A DNA stretch of 64,000 nucleotides from Candidatus Eremiobacteraceae bacterium (GCA_035622555.1 DASPVD010000105.1:115-64114), one strand, 5' to 3'. Positions 1-10,924 are shown, counted from the stretch's first letter. Numbers and translations are program-made. Notes: generated from the sequence alone by a model not told the origin.

Positions 1-2823
1 GCCGCGCGGGACGTGGAAGCAGCGATCAACGCGGCGCGAACCTATCTACCAGCGAATCTGCCGTCGAATCCGACGTACCGTAAGGTGAACCCGGCGGACG
101 CGCCGATCATGATTCTGGGATTGACGTCGGACAAATACGGTCCCGATAAGCTGTACGACGAGGCGTCCACAGTCATCGCGCAGAAGCTGTCGCAGATTCA
201 GGGGGTGGGCCAAGTAACGGTTGGCGGAGGAGCACTGCCGTCGGTGCGCGTGGAAGTGAACCCGGCGAAGTTGTACAGCATGGGCTTGACCATGGGGCGG
301 TTGCAGCAGGTGCTGAGTCTGCAGAACGCGCACCTGGCGAAGGGGCAGATCACCGACGGCACCATTTCCGCGGACATCATAGCGAACGACCAAATTTCGC
401 ACGCCGAGGATTACAAGCCGATCATCGTCGGTTACAACAAGGGAGCGGCGGTGCGCATATCCGATGTAGCCGACGTGATCGACTCGGTGCAAAACATTCG
501 CGTAGCGGGGTACTTGAACGGGAAACGCGCGGTGGTGGTGATCATTTTCCGGCAGCCGGGGGCGAACATCATCGAGACGGTGGACCGAATCCGGGGGGAG
601 TTGCCGTCGATCGAGGCGTCGATTCCGCGGGGCATGGTAACCACGATCATGCTGGACCGAACGACGACGATTCGAGCGTCGGTGAAAGATGTGGAACGGA
701 CGCTGACCTTTTCGATCATGCTGGTGATCGTGGTGGTGTTCGTGTTTTTGCGCAACGGGCGGGCCACGCTGATTCCCGCGGTAGCGGTACCGGTATCGCT
801 GATCGGAACATTCGCGGTGATGTATCTGTGCGGATACAGCCTGGACAACTTGTCATTGATGGCGCTGACGATCGCGACGGGGTTCGTGGTGGACGACGCG
901 ATCGTGGTGATGGAGAACATATCGCGGCACCTGGAAGCGGGGATGGAGCCGTTCGCGGCGGCGCTGCAAGGGGCGCAGGAAATTGGGTTCACGGTATTCA
1001 CGATCAGCATATCGTTGATCGCGGTGTTCATCCCGCTGCTGGCGATGGGAGGGATTGTAGGGCGATTGTTCCGGGAGTTCGCGGTGACGCTATCGACGGC
1101 GATTCTGGTGTCGATGGCGATATCGCTGAGCACGACGCCGATGATGTGCGCGCACCTGCTGAAGACAGCGCATAGAGAGGAGCATGGGCGGTTGTACCTG
1201 TGGTCGGAAAGGATGTTCGAGCGGATACTCAGGTTGTACCGGCACACGCTGGCGTGGGTGCTGGAAAATTCGGTGCTGACGCTGACGGTGCTGTTTTTGA
1301 CGATCGCGTTGAACGTGGTGATCGTGTTCAAAATTCCGAAGGGGTTCTTCCCACAACAGGACACCGGGGTGATATTTGGAGGGGCTCAGGGGCCGCAGGA
1401 CACGTCGTTCACGGCGATGGATGCGTCGATCAAGAAGATAACCGGGGTGATTCAGACCGACCCGGCGGTGCAGAACGTGATTGTGTTTACGGGCGGGCAA
1501 GGCGCTACGAACGGCGGGTTTGTGTTTATCGCGCTGAAGCCGCTGAACGAGAGAAAGGTAAGCGCGGCGCAGGTGATCAACCGACTACGACCAAAATTGA
1601 ATCGGTTGTTGGCAGCGTCGGTGTTCATGCAAGCAGCGCAGGACATACGGATTGGCGGACGTGCCTCTAACGCGTTGTACCAATACACGATCCAGTCGGA
1701 CACGGTGACCGACCTACAGACCTGGGGACCGCGGTTGCTGACGGAGATGAGGCGACTGCCGGGGTTGACGGACGTGAACACGGACCAGCAAAACGGAGGA
1801 TTGGACGTTTTGCTGCACTACAACCGTGTGACCTCGGCACAGTTGGGGCAGACGGCGCAGTCGCTGGATAGCGAGATTTATAACTCGTTTGGGCAGGCGG
1901 AAGTTTCGATCATTTATACACAGTTGAACCAATACTATGTCGTGCTGGAAGTGGATCCGCGCTATTCCCAAGCGCCGGAGCAGCTGCGCAGCGTGTATTT
2001 CCATCCGGCGGGGAGCAATAACCCGACGGCGGCGGGGAACGTGCCGCTGGATATGCTATCGACGAACCAGGCGAACACCATTCCCTTGGCGATCAACCAT
2101 ACGAGTTTGTTTCCGTCGGTGACGGTTTCCTTCAACCTGGCGCCGGGAGTGTCGTTGAGCGACGCGACGCTGGAGATCGAAAAGCTAAAGGCGCGCATGG
2201 GAGTGCCGACGACAGTGCGGGGTTTCTTTGCGGGGACGCTGTTGGCGTACCAGCAGTCGTTGAGCACGGAACCGATCCTGGTGTTCACGGCGCTGCTGGC
2301 GGTCTACATTGTGCTGGGGATTCTGTACGAAAGTCTGGTACACCCGCTGACGATTATTTCGACGCTGCCGTCGGCGAGCGTCGGGGCAATGCTGGCGTTA
2401 ATCATTTTCAAGGAGGACCTGAACGTCATCTCGATTATCGGGATCGTGCTGCTGATCGGGATCGTGAAGAAGAACGCGATCATGATGATCGATTTCGCGT
2501 TGCAGGCTGAGCGCGAAGGCGGAAAAACAACGAGAGATGCGATTTTCGAGGCATGCATGCTGCGGTTCCGGCCGATCATGATGACCACGATGGCCGCATT
2601 GTTTGGCGCGCTGCCACTGGCGTTTGGCACGGGCACCGGTTCGGAGCTGCGCCGGCCGTTGGGAATCACGATTGTCGGGGGATTGATCATGAGCCAGCTA
2701 TTGACGTTGTACACGACGCCGGTGGTGTACCTGATGCTGGACCGGCTGCGGCTGCGGATGTTGGGGCAGGAGCGGGACACGTTCCATGCCGGCGGAACCC
2801 CGAGTCCTTCGGCAGCGGACTAG
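1..2823 (+). CDS. mdtC: RND efflux permease, MdtB/MdtC type (5' truncated by window edge)
   Basis: Frame open from base 1; YRKVNPADAP, GFVVDDAIVVMEN, IGIVKKNAIMM, RFRPIMMTT motifs; multiple TM helices. Confidence 0.85.
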   Translation, partial: AARDVEAAINAARTYLPANLPSNPTYRKVNPADAPIMILGLTSDKYGPDKLYDEASTVIAQKLSQIQGVGQVTVGGGALPSVRVEVNPAKLYSMGLTMGRLQQVLSLQNAHLAKGQITDGTISADIIANDQISHAEDYKPIIVGYNKGAAVRISDVADVIDSVQNIRVAGYLNGKRAVVVIIFRQPGANIIETVDRIRGELPSIEASIPRGMVTTIMLDRTTTIRASVKDVERTLTFSIMLVIVVVFVFLRNGRATLIPAVAVPVSLIGTFAVMYLCGYSLDNLSLMALTIATGFVVDDAIVVMENISRHLEAGMEPFAAALQGAQEIGFTVFTISISLIAVFIPLLAMGGIVGRLFREFAVTLSTAILVSMAISLSTTPMMCAHLLKTAHREEHGRLYLWSERMFERILRLYRHTLAWVLENSVLTLTVLFLTIALNVVIVFKIPKGFFPQQDTGVIFGGAQGPQDTSFTAMDASIKKITGVIQTDPAVQNVIVFTGGQGATNGGFVFIALKPLNERKVSAAQVINRLRPKLNRLLAASVFMQAAQDIRIGGRASNALYQYTIQSDTVTDLQTWGPRLLTEMRRLPGLTDVNTDQQNGGLDVLLHYNRVTSAQLGQTAQSLDSEIYNSFGQAEVSIIYTQLNQYYVVLEVDPRYSQAPEQLRSVYFHPAGSNNPTAAGNVPLDMLSTNQANTIPLAINHTSLFPSVTVSFNLAPGVSLSDATLEIEKLKARMGVPTTVRGFFAGTLLAYQQSLSTEPILVFTALLAVYIVLGILYESLVHPLTIISTLPSASVGAMLALIIFKEDLNVISIIGIVLLIGIVKKNAIMMIDFALQAEREGGKTTRDAIFEACMLRFRPIMMTTMAALFGALPLAFGTGTGSELRRPLGITIVGGLIMSQLLTLYTTPVVYLMLDRLRLRMLGQERDTFHAGGTPSPSAAD

Positions 2824-2826
2824 TTT

Positions 2827-4395
2827 ATGGAAAAGACGATGAAGAAGAGATGCTTGAGGATGACAGTTGGGCCGGTAATCGGCGCGCTGCTGCTTAGCGG
2901 GTGCATGGTTGGACCGAAATACCACCAGCCGGCGGCGACGGTCCAGCCGGTGCCGAGCGCGTACAAAGAGTTGCCCACACAGTCGCCGGAATCCGGGCCG
3001 TGGCAAGTGGCGCAGCCGCAAGATCAAATGCTGCGTGGAAAATGGTGGGAGATTTTCAACGATCCGGAGCTAAACGCACTGGAAGATCAGCTGAACGTCA
3101 ACAACGAAAACATCAAGCAAGCATTCGAGAATTTCATGGCGGCGCGGACGCTGATCGCGCAGGCGCGGTCGCAGCTGTATCCGACGATCGGCACGTCACC
3201 GGCGTACACGCGATCGCACACCTCGCAAAACGCATTCGGCGGAGCGGGCGCTGCGGGAGGCACGACGGCGGGAGCGGGGACGACGTTGAACCTGTTCAAT
3301 CTTCCGGCTAGCGTGTCGTGGGAGCCGGATTTGTGGGGCAAGGTGCGCAACACCATTCATGAATATCAGTACAGCGCCCAGTTGAGCGCCGCGGATTTGG
3401 AAAACGAGAGGCTGACCGAACAGGCCACGCTGGCGTTAACGTTCTTCGAGCTACGAGGGCAGGATGCGTTAGAGAAGCTGTACCAGGACACCATCGAGGC
3501 GGACAAAAAGACGGTGGAACTTTCGCGAGCGCGTTACGAAACCGGGGTGGACACGCTGATTTCGTTGGTCGAAGCGCAGAATGCCTTGGACAACGCGATA
3601 GCCACGGCGACCAATCTGGAGATCGCGCGGGCGCAGTATGAGCATGCGATTGCGGTGCTGCTGGGGGTTGCCCCGGCGAATTTCTCGGTACCGGTGAGGC
3701 CGTTGAACGCGAACGCCCCGGTGATCCCGGTGGGGGTACCGTCGCAACTGCTAGAAAGAAGGCCGGACATAGCCGCGTCGGAACGCAACATGGCCGCGGC
3801 GAATGCGCAGATCGGGATTGCCACCGCGGCGTACTATCCGACGTTGACGTTGAGCGCGAGCGGAGGATTCGAAAGCAAGAAGGTTTCAAACCTGCTGACT
3901 TGGCCAAGCCGGGTATGGTCGGTGGGGCCCTCGCTTTCTGAAACCATTTTTGACGCGGGACTGCGGCGAGCCACGGTGAACCAGTTCATCGCCGAATACA
4001 ATGCGGACGTGGCCAGCTACCGGCAAACCGTGCTGACGGCGTTCCAGCAAGTGGAAGACAGCATGGCGGCGGAACGGATTTTGGCGAAACAGATTGAGCA
4101 GCAGGAGGAGGCGGTGCGCTCGGCGCAAAAGTACCTGGAATTGGCGCTGGCGCGTTACCAGACGGGAGTGGATCAGTATTTGAACGTGCTGGTAGCGCAA
4201 ACCACACTGCTTTCCGACCAGCAGACGCTGACCGGGCTGCACACGCAATACATGACGGCATCGGTGCAACTGATCGAAGCGCTGGGAGGAGGCTGGGATC
4301 GTTCGCAACTGCCGACCCCGGAGCAGGTTTCGCAGAAGGTGACGAAGACGGAAATCGAAGCGCCGAATCAGACGGGGGATCAGACGAAGCAGTGA
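2827..4395 (+). CDS. NodT/OprM-family efflux outer-membrane lipoprotein
   Basis: Lipobox LSGC, SWEPDLWGKVR, LLERRPDIAASER, LIEALGGGW; directly follows the RND gene (start may be 2839). Confidence 0.9.
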   Translation: MEKTMKKRCLRMTVGPVIGALLLSGCMVGPKYHQPAATVQPVPSAYKELPTQSPESGPWQVAQPQDQMLRGKWWEIFNDPELNALEDQLNVNNENIKQAFENFMAARTLIAQARSQLYPTIGTSPAYTRSHTSQNAFGGAGAAGGTTAGAGTTLNLFNLPASVSWEPDLWGKVRNTIHEYQYSAQLSAADLENERLTEQATLALTFFELRGQDALEKLYQDTIEADKKTVELSRARYETGVDTLISLVEAQNALDNAIATATNLEIARAQYEHAIAVLLGVAPANFSVPVRPLNANAPVIPVGVPSQLLERRPDIAASERNMAAANAQIGIATAAYYPTLTLSASGGFESKKVSNLLTWPSRVWSVGPSLSETIFDAGLRRATVNQFIAEYNADVASYRQTVLTAFQQVEDSMAAERILAKQIEQQEEAVRSAQKYLELALARYQTGVDQYLNVLVAQTTLLSDQQTLTGLHTQYMTASVQLIEALGGGWDRSQLPTPEQVSQKVTKTEIEAPNQTGDQTKQ

Positions 4396-4473
4396 GATGA
4401 GTGACAACGGAGGCGTTGGGAACCTGAAATTCCGTTAACCCAGCGCGGCGGCGGTGGAGCTATCTTAAGGACC

Positions 4474-5478
4474 ATGTTCACCCATATGAAGAAGATTTGC
4501 GTGGCGGTTTTGGCGGTATTGGTATTTACGGTTTCATGCTCGTCGAAGAACAAGGAAGAAGAATCGGCGACGACGGTCAATCACGTTTCCTTGCAGTTGA
4601 ACGTTCCGGCGAGTTTTCATTTCGTGGTCTACGGGGACACACGTTTCCATAATCCGTCGGACACCAAGCCGTCGAATGGAGAGGTGCGGCGAGCGCTGGT
4701 TACGGCCATCGATAAAGAGAATCCGGCGTTTATTTCGATCGGCGGGGATATTGTGTACACGGGGGAAAACAGCAAGGACTGGCAGGTTTGGGATGCCGAA
4801 ACGGCGGTGTGGCGGGAGCACAAAATCACCGTGTATCCGGCGCTTGGCAACCACGATCTGAAAGGCAACCTGCAAAGCGCGTTGGGGAATTACTTCGAGC
4901 GCTATCCGGAAGTGCAGCAAAGCCGGTTTTACTCGGTGCGAATGGGGAACAGCGTGTTGCTGGTTTTGGACAGCTCGTTGGAAGAGCTTACCGGGCCACA
5001 AGGCGAATGGCTGCGAGCGCAACTGACAGCGATATCCGCGCCGGTCGACTTCGTTTTCTTCCTGTTTCACCACCCGTGCTACACGAGTTCGTCTGATGGA
5101 ACGATCGGAGGCGGGCACTCAGCGCGCGCCGGAGAGCAAGCGTTGGCGCAATTCCTGGAGGAGCGGCAAGGGCATACGCGAGCGCGGTTTGTGGTGTTCA
5201 ACGGGCACGTACACAATTACGAGCGGCAGGAACACAGCGGCGTGACGTATTTCGTGACTGGGGGCGGAGGAGCGCAGCCGTACGCGATCGTGCGCCAGCC
5301 GAGCGACCCTTATAAAGACAATGGGGTCAACTATCATTACTTGCTGGCGGCGGTAGAGCACAACCGGCTGATGATCACCATGCACAAACTGGAAATCAAA
5401 GATGGCAAGGAAATCTGGAGCGAGCCTGACGCGGTGACGATCAACGCTCCCGCGGCGCTTCCCGCAGCCGCGGATTGA
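4474..5478 (+). CDS. Calcineurin-like metallophosphoesterase lipoprotein (purple acid phosphatase-like)
   Basis: Signal plus lipobox TVSC; GD, GDIVY, GNHD, HHP and GHVH metal motifs; AAGGA RBS. Confidence 0.85.
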   Translation: MFTHMKKICVAVLAVLVFTVSCSSKNKEEESATTVNHVSLQLNVPASFHFVVYGDTRFHNPSDTKPSNGEVRRALVTAIDKENPAFISIGGDIVYTGENSKDWQVWDAETAVWREHKITVYPALGNHDLKGNLQSALGNYFERYPEVQQSRFYSVRMGNSVLLVLDSSLEELTGPQGEWLRAQLTAISAPVDFVFFLFHHPCYTSSSDGTIGGGHSARAGEQALAQFLEERQGHTRARFVVFNGHVHNYERQEHSGVTYFVTGGGGAQPYAIVRQPSDPYKDNGVNYHYLLAAVEHNRLMITMHKLEIKDGKEIWSEPDAVTINAPAALPAAAD

Positions 5479-5501
5479 GGAGAATTGACGAGAGTCGCGA
5501 G

Positions 5502-5640
5502 AGAGAAGAGAGATTCTTTTCGCAAAAGACGCGAAAAGAAGAAGAGGTCTTCGCTGCGCTCAGAATGACGTATTCATTTTTTGTTTGGGGACAAGACGCA
5601 ACGGCGTGCGCAAAGAGCCGGCTGGAAGCCGGCGCTACCA
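5502..5640. repeat. REP-like composite intergenic repeat, copy 1
   Basis: AGAGAAGAGAGATTCTT-hairpin-GAGGTCTTCGCTGCGCTCAGAATGACGTATT...GGGACAAGACGCAA is near-identical to 41585-41692; followed by a GCCGGC-TGGAA-GCCGGC palindrome. Confidence 0.8.
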
Positions 5641-5763
5641 AGGATGACGGAGGGCGGCCCGCCTCGCTTCCTGCGTCAGCGTAAACAGAAGGCGGGCCCT
5701 ATGGACAAGCTGCACTCTGGATGACGGCCAATCGAAGCAAGCGAATTGCCGTATGATACGGAC

Positions 5764-6510
5764 ATGCGCCTGCTGCTGGTGGAGGACGACACGCGGATAG
5801 CCCGGTTCGTGGCGCGGGGCCTGCAGGAACAGTCGTACGCCGTGGACGTGGTGGGGAACGGAGACGACGCGCTGTACCAGGTGGAAATCAACGATTACGA
5901 CGTGGTGATTCTGGATGTGATGATTCCCGGCAAAGACGGATTTGAAACGTGCCGGGGGATACGAGCGCTGGGAAAGCGCATGCCGGTATTGATGTTGACG
6001 GCGCGAGATGCGGTGGACGACCGGATCACCGGGTTGGACGCCGGCGCAGACGATTACCTGATCAAGCCATTTGAGTTTGGGGAACTGCTGGCACGGTTGC
6101 GAGCGTTGTTACGGCGGCCGAGGGATCTGCAGCCCGCGCGGATTTTGCTGGGTGATCTGGAACTGGATACCGGGTCGCAAACGGTGAAGCGGGGTAGCCG
6201 TTCGATTGCGTTGACGGCCAAGGAATACGCGCTGCTGGAATATCTGGCGCGGAATGCCAACCGGGTTGTGGGACGTACGGAAATCGCCGAGCACGTGTGG
6301 GACGAGTCATTCGATCCTTTTTCCAATCTGATCGAAGTGTACGTGAACCGTTTGCGGCGAAAGCTGGGAGAGAAAAACGGGGCGCCAGTGCTGCAAACGC
6401 GTCGAGGCAGCGGCTATATTTTGTGCGTTGCCAGTGAAGAGGATTCCGCGGGTCACCGGAAGAGCGCGGATTCGTCCACGGCGCGTCATTCGAGAAAGCC
6501 GCATGCTTGA
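5764..6510 (+). CDS. OmpR/CusR-family response regulator
   Basis: LLVEDD, ILDVMIP, MLTARD, GADDYLIKPF, winged-helix VYVNRLRRK...TRRGSGY; ATG at 5764. Confidence 0.92.
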   Translation: MRLLLVEDDTRIARFVARGLQEQSYAVDVVGNGDDALYQVEINDYDVVILDVMIPGKDGFETCRGIRALGKRMPVLMLTARDAVDDRITGLDAGADDYLIKPFEFGELLARLRALLRRPRDLQPARILLGDLELDTGSQTVKRGSRSIALTAKEYALLEYLARNANRVVGRTEIAEHVWDESFDPFSNLIEVYVNRLRRKLGEKNGAPVLQTRRGSGYILCVASEEDSAGHRKSADSSTARHSRKPHA

Positions 6511-7957
6511 CTCGGTGCGGGTGCGGCTGACGCTATGGTACAGCGCGGTGCTGGCGTTGGTGCTGATTTGCCTGGCGGTGCTGAGCTACTTTTTGTATTG
6601 GCACAACATTCGGAAGCGCACCGATGGGGATATCCTGCAACTGGCGCAAGGATTCATCACTACCTTCAACGCGGAGCTAGCGGACGAAAGCGGCCCGGAT
6701 GCGGTGAAGAACGCGGCGCGGGAAGCGATGCAGGAACACCACTTCCGCAATACGTGGTTCATTTTTCTGGACGACAGCGGCAGGGTACAACAGAGTTCGC
6801 TGGATTTGCCCAATGTGGATAGTCCGAAACCGGGGCTGACGGCCGACGTGTTTTCTTCCGACGCGTTCCACTCGCTGTCGGCAAGCGCATCGGCAGAGGC
6901 CGAACTACATACGATTCCAGGAAGGAAGGACAGATTTCGAGGATTGGCGTTGCCGCTGTCGGCCGTTGGACACGGGTACACGCTGGTGGTGTTGCAGTCG
7001 CTGCATGCGCAGAAGGAAATGATGAGCGACATTCTCGACACATTCCTGTGGGCCATTCCGATGGGCCTGCTGCTGGCCAGCATCGGCGGGTACTTCCTGG
7101 CACGCAAGAGCCTGGCGCCGATCGCCGCGATGGCCACACAAACTCGGGCGATCAGCGCGTCGAATCTGAGCCAGCGGTTATCGATCGCGAACGAGCGCGA
7201 CGAACTGGGACAACTGGCGCAAACGTTCAATCAATTGTTGGAGCGATTGCAGGCGTCGTTCGAACAGCAGCGGCGGTTCATGGCGGATGCGTCGCATGAA
7301 CTGCGCACGCCGGTGGCAATTCTGAAGGGAGAAACAGAGGTGACCTTGGCAAAGGCCGACCGGTCACCGGAGGAGTACCGGGAAACGTTGGGGATACTGC
7401 GGGAAGAGTCACAACGGCTGGCGCGCATCACCGACGATTTGTTCACACTGGCGCGCGCCGATGCCGGACAGTTCCCGCTGACGATTCGCGAGGCGTATCT
7501 GGACGAGATTGCGTCGGAAGCGTTGGTGCGGGCGAGGTCGCTGGCGTTGGCCAAGAAGATTCATCTTTGCTCGAAGAGCGAGGCGGACTTGCCCATTCAG
7601 GCGGACGAAGCATTGCTGGGACGGATGCTGCTGAATCTGCTGGACAACGCGATCAAGTATTCGCCGGCTGGAAGCACGGTGACCCTGGCGTGCCGGCGGC
7701 AAAACGATCATTACGAAATCAGCGTATCCGACAATGGGCCGGGAATTCCCGCGGAACTGCAGCCGCGGATTTTTGAACGATTTTTCCGGGCGGACAAAGC
7801 GCGTTCGCGCGCGGATGGCGAAACCGGCGGAGCGGGGCTGGGGTTGTCGATCGCACGCTGGATAGCGGAAGCGCACCAGGGAACCCTGGCGCTAACACGT
7901 TCGGATGCTACAGGTTCGGTATTCACGGCAACACTGCCGGCGCAGCATCGCGGTTAG
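6503..7957 (+). CDS. HAMP sensor histidine kinase (CusS-like)
   Basis: Two TMs, HAMP, ASHELRTP, NLLDNAIKYS, DNGPGI, GAGLGLSI; ATG overlaps the regulator stop. Confidence 0.92.
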   Translation: MLDSVRVRLTLWYSAVLALVLICLAVLSYFLYWHNIRKRTDGDILQLAQGFITTFNAELADESGPDAVKNAAREAMQEHHFRNTWFIFLDDSGRVQQSSLDLPNVDSPKPGLTADVFSSDAFHSLSASASAEAELHTIPGRKDRFRGLALPLSAVGHGYTLVVLQSLHAQKEMMSDILDTFLWAIPMGLLLASIGGYFLARKSLAPIAAMATQTRAISASNLSQRLSIANERDELGQLAQTFNQLLERLQASFEQQRRFMADASHELRTPVAILKGETEVTLAKADRSPEEYRETLGILREESQRLARITDDLFTLARADAGQFPLTIREAYLDEIASEALVRARSLALAKKIHLCSKSEADLPIQADEALLGRMLLNLLDNAIKYSPAGSTVTLACRRQNDHYEISVSDNGPGIPAELQPRIFERFFRADKARSRADGETGGAGLGLSIARWIAEAHQGTLALTRSDATGSVFTATLPAQHRG

Positions 7958-8015
7958 GTGACGCGTGACTCGAACCAAGGTGTGAATTGACCTCGCGAAC
8001 TCCGACGAATTCTCC

Positions 8016-8046
8016 TTAATCCTCAGCGTTAATCGTAGGTTTAGGT
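8016..8046 (+). promoter_or_regulatory. Putative OmpR-type direct-repeat box upstream of tolC
   Basis: TTAAT(8016), TTAAT(8029), TTTAGGT(8040) half-sites about one helical turn apart. Confidence 0.4.
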
Positions 8047-8142
8047 AGTCGGAAGTAGGCTGACACGTGGGTAGAGTGCGCGAACCAGGAAGCTGAAGAC
8101 GGGTGTAGCGAATGGAGTTCGCGCGACGAGAGCCACGTAGAG

Positions 8143-9564
8143 ATGAAGCTGCCGATCATTACGCGCATTGCTTGCATGCCGATATTTTTATTAGCAGCCA
8201 CTGGAGCTAGGGCGGCGCAGCTGCCGGAAACGCCGGCTCCGCAGTTGGCGCTTGCAGCGCCGCCAGAAACGGCACAAACGGCGTCGGGGTCAACGACAAC
8301 AACGGGAAAGGGGCCAATCCGGCTGACGTTGCAAGAGGCGCTGGCGCTGGCGCGCAAGAATGAGCCCACGTACCACGCGGCGGTGATGGCGGCCGGAATC
8401 GCGCGAGAGGATCGCGTGCAATCGCGCGATGCACTGCTGCCGACGGCGAGCTTCACGACCTCCGAGCTGTACACGCAGCCGAACGACAGTATTTTCCGGG
8501 TGCGGTACATCGCCAACAACGCGCCGCACGAATACGTGAGCCAAGGCAATGTGCACGAGCAGCTAGACCTGGCGTCGATGGCAGCGTACCGGCGCACGGC
8601 AGCATTGGCGGCGCAGGCGAAGGCCGAAGCAGAGATTGCGGCGCGCGGGTTGGTGGTCACGGTGATGCAGGATTATTTCAACGTAGCGGCGGCGGAACAG
8701 AAGCTGGCGACGGCCAAACGAGCCGCGGATGAGGGTGATCGCTTCCTGCAGCTAACCAAAGATTTGGAAACGGGCGGAGAAGTGGCGCACTCCGACGTGA
8801 TCAAGGCGGAACTGCAAAAGCAGGACCGCCAGAGGCAGTTCGCCGAAGCACAACTGGCTTTATTGAATGCGCGGTTGGATTTTGCGGTGCTGGTATTCCC
8901 GGATTTCAATGACAACTTCGAATTGGTGGACGATCTGCACGCCAGCATTCCATTGCCACCGCGAACTGAATTCGAGGCAGAGGCGGCACACAACAATCCG
9001 GAGATCCGTTCGGCACTGGCGGCAACCCAAGCAGCCGGTCAGGAAGTGAACGCGGCGCGGTTTGGATATTTCCCATCGGTTTCGCTGGATTACTGGTATG
9101 GAATCGACGCGGAGACATACGCCACTTATACCGTGTATCCGCCGCCGGACGGCGGGAGAGTGCCCAATCTGGGTTCTTCGGCGCTGGGGACGCTGACGCT
9201 GCCGCTCTGGAATTGGGGCGCGACGCAAAGCAAGGTGCGGCAAGCGGAACTGCACCGCGAGCAAACCAAAGTGGAGTTGTCGTACGCGCAACGCAAGCTG
9301 CTTTCGGAGATGCGGTCGTTGTATTCGGAAGCGGAGACGGCGTTGAACGAGCTGGCGGGGCTGCAGCGCTCTTCGGAATTGGCGGCGGACAGCCTGCGGT
9401 TGACCACGCTGCGATATAAGGACGGAGAAGCAACGGTGCTGGAAGTGGTGGATGCGCAGACGACATTCGCGAACGCCAACAACAATTACCAGGACGGAGC
9501 GCTGCGCTATCGCGTGGCGCTTGCGAATCTACAGACTTTGACAGGGGTGTTGCCAACACCATGA
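8143..9564 (+). CDS. TolC-family outer membrane protein
   Basis: Signal peptide, LTLQEALALA, coiled repeats, RYKDGEATVLEVVDAQ. Confidence 0.88.
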   Translation: MKLPIITRIACMPIFLLAATGARAAQLPETPAPQLALAAPPETAQTASGSTTTTGKGPIRLTLQEALALARKNEPTYHAAVMAAGIAREDRVQSRDALLPTASFTTSELYTQPNDSIFRVRYIANNAPHEYVSQGNVHEQLDLASMAAYRRTAALAAQAKAEAEIAARGLVVTVMQDYFNVAAAEQKLATAKRAADEGDRFLQLTKDLETGGEVAHSDVIKAELQKQDRQRQFAEAQLALLNARLDFAVLVFPDFNDNFELVDDLHASIPLPPRTEFEAEAAHNNPEIRSALAATQAAGQEVNAARFGYFPSVSLDYWYGIDAETYATYTVYPPPDGGRVPNLGSSALGTLTLPLWNWGATQSKVRQAELHREQTKVELSYAQRKLLSEMRSLYSEAETALNELAGLQRSSELAADSLRLTTLRYKDGEATVLEVVDAQTTFANANNNYQDGALRYRVALANLQTLTGVLPTP

Positions 9565-10919
9565 AAGAGGCAAGAGATTTCGAAATGAAGCGCGAAGGGA
9601 CCAGATGGTCCAGTGTGCTGGTGTTGTTGTTCGTGCTAGCGGGGTTCCAGGGCTGCGGCGGAGCGGAGAAGGAGCCGGAACCGGTGGTGGCGGTGCAGGT
9701 GACACCCGCAAAGCGAGGCGCGATCGAGCAAGTGATTACGGCGGATGCGGTGGTGTTCCCGTTGGAACAGGCGGTGATTACGCCAAAAATCACGTCAACG
9801 GTGGAGAAATTCTATGTGCAACGCGGTTCGCGGGTGAAGAAAGGGCAGGTGTTGGCGCTGCTGGAGAATGCCGATCTGGCCGGAGCGGAGGAGCAAAGTA
9901 AAGGCGAATACGAACAAGCGGAAGCAGGATATGCGACGACGACCGAGGCCAGCCTGCCGCAGCAGATTCAAAAAGCCAAACTGGACGCGGCAGAATCGCG
10001 GGTGGCGTTGGAGGCGCAGAAGCGAGTGTATGAAGCGCGCAAGAACCTGTTCGCGCAAGGGGCGATCGCACGGAGGGACGTGGAATCCGCGGAAGTTGCG
10101 TTTGTGCAGGCGAGGAGTCAGGACGACCAGGCGCAAAAGCTGTTAGGCGACCTGGAACGAATTGGCAAAGAGCAGGAATTGAAGTCGGCCTCCGGGCAAT
10201 TGGCGGCGGCCAAAGGGAAGTATCTGAGCGCGAAGGCACAGATGAGCTATTCGGAGATCCGCAGCCCGTTCGACGGGGTGGTGACCGACAGGCCGCTGTA
10301 CGAAGGGGAGTTGGCCACAGCGAATCAGGCGATCCTGACGGTGATGAACACGTCGAAGATGATCGCCAAAGCGCATATAGCCCAGACGGAAGCGGTGAAA
10401 CTGAAGGCCGGGGATGAGGCGGAGATCCAAGTGCCAGGAGAGGACGAGCCGGTGAAGGGGCGAGTGATGCTAATCAGCCCGGCGTTGGATCCAGGGAGCA
10501 CGACGATCGAAGTGTGGATCGAGGCGGTAAAGGCTGGGTCGAAAGTCAAAGCGGGAATGAATGTTGCGGTGGAAGCGACGGCGAAAACGGTGAAAGACGC
10601 ACTGGTTGTTCCGGTAGCGGCGCTGTTCAAATCGGCAGAAGGGGCCGATTACGTTATGGTTGCAGGTTCGGACGGGAAAGCTCACCAAAGCAACGTGAAG
10701 GTAGGAATCCGAAACAAGGAAGAAGCGGAGATTCTATCGGGGATCAAGGAGGGGAGCCCGATTATCGTGGCTGGAGGTTATGGGTTACCCGACAACACCA
10801 AGATTACGGTGGAGTCAGCGCCAGCAGGCGATGGAAAGGGGCAAGGCGAGCCGGATGAAGGCAAGAGTTCGGGTGGTCCGAAATCTAACAGCGGCGCGCC
10901 GGCAAAAGAGAAAGAGTAA
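9561..10919 (+). CDS. RND periplasmic adaptor (MFP) lipoprotein
   Basis: FQGC lipobox-like, GSRVKKGQVL, IRSPFDGVV, alpha-hairpin; ATGA overlap with tolC (alternative start 9585). Confidence 0.9.
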   Translation: MKEARDFEMKREGTRWSSVLVLLFVLAGFQGCGGAEKEPEPVVAVQVTPAKRGAIEQVITADAVVFPLEQAVITPKITSTVEKFYVQRGSRVKKGQVLALLENADLAGAEEQSKGEYEQAEAGYATTTEASLPQQIQKAKLDAAESRVALEAQKRVYEARKNLFAQGAIARRDVESAEVAFVQARSQDDQAQKLLGDLERIGKEQELKSASGQLAAAKGKYLSAKAQMSYSEIRSPFDGVVTDRPLYEGELATANQAILTVMNTSKMIAKAHIAQTEAVKLKAGDEAEIQVPGEDEPVKGRVMLISPALDPGSTTIEVWIEAVKAGSKVKAGMNVAVEATAKTVKDALVVPVAALFKSAEGADYVMVAGSDGKAHQSNVKVGIRNKEEAEILSGIKEGSPIIVAGGYGLPDNTKITVESAPAGDGKGQGEPDEGKSSGGPKSNSGAPAKEKE

Positions 10920-10924
10920 AGGGA

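Noticed and set aside
7992-8017. CTCGCGAA-CT-CCGACGAA-TTCTCC resembling the enhancer
   Set aside because: Degenerate, with no GG-N10-GC box at the expected distance
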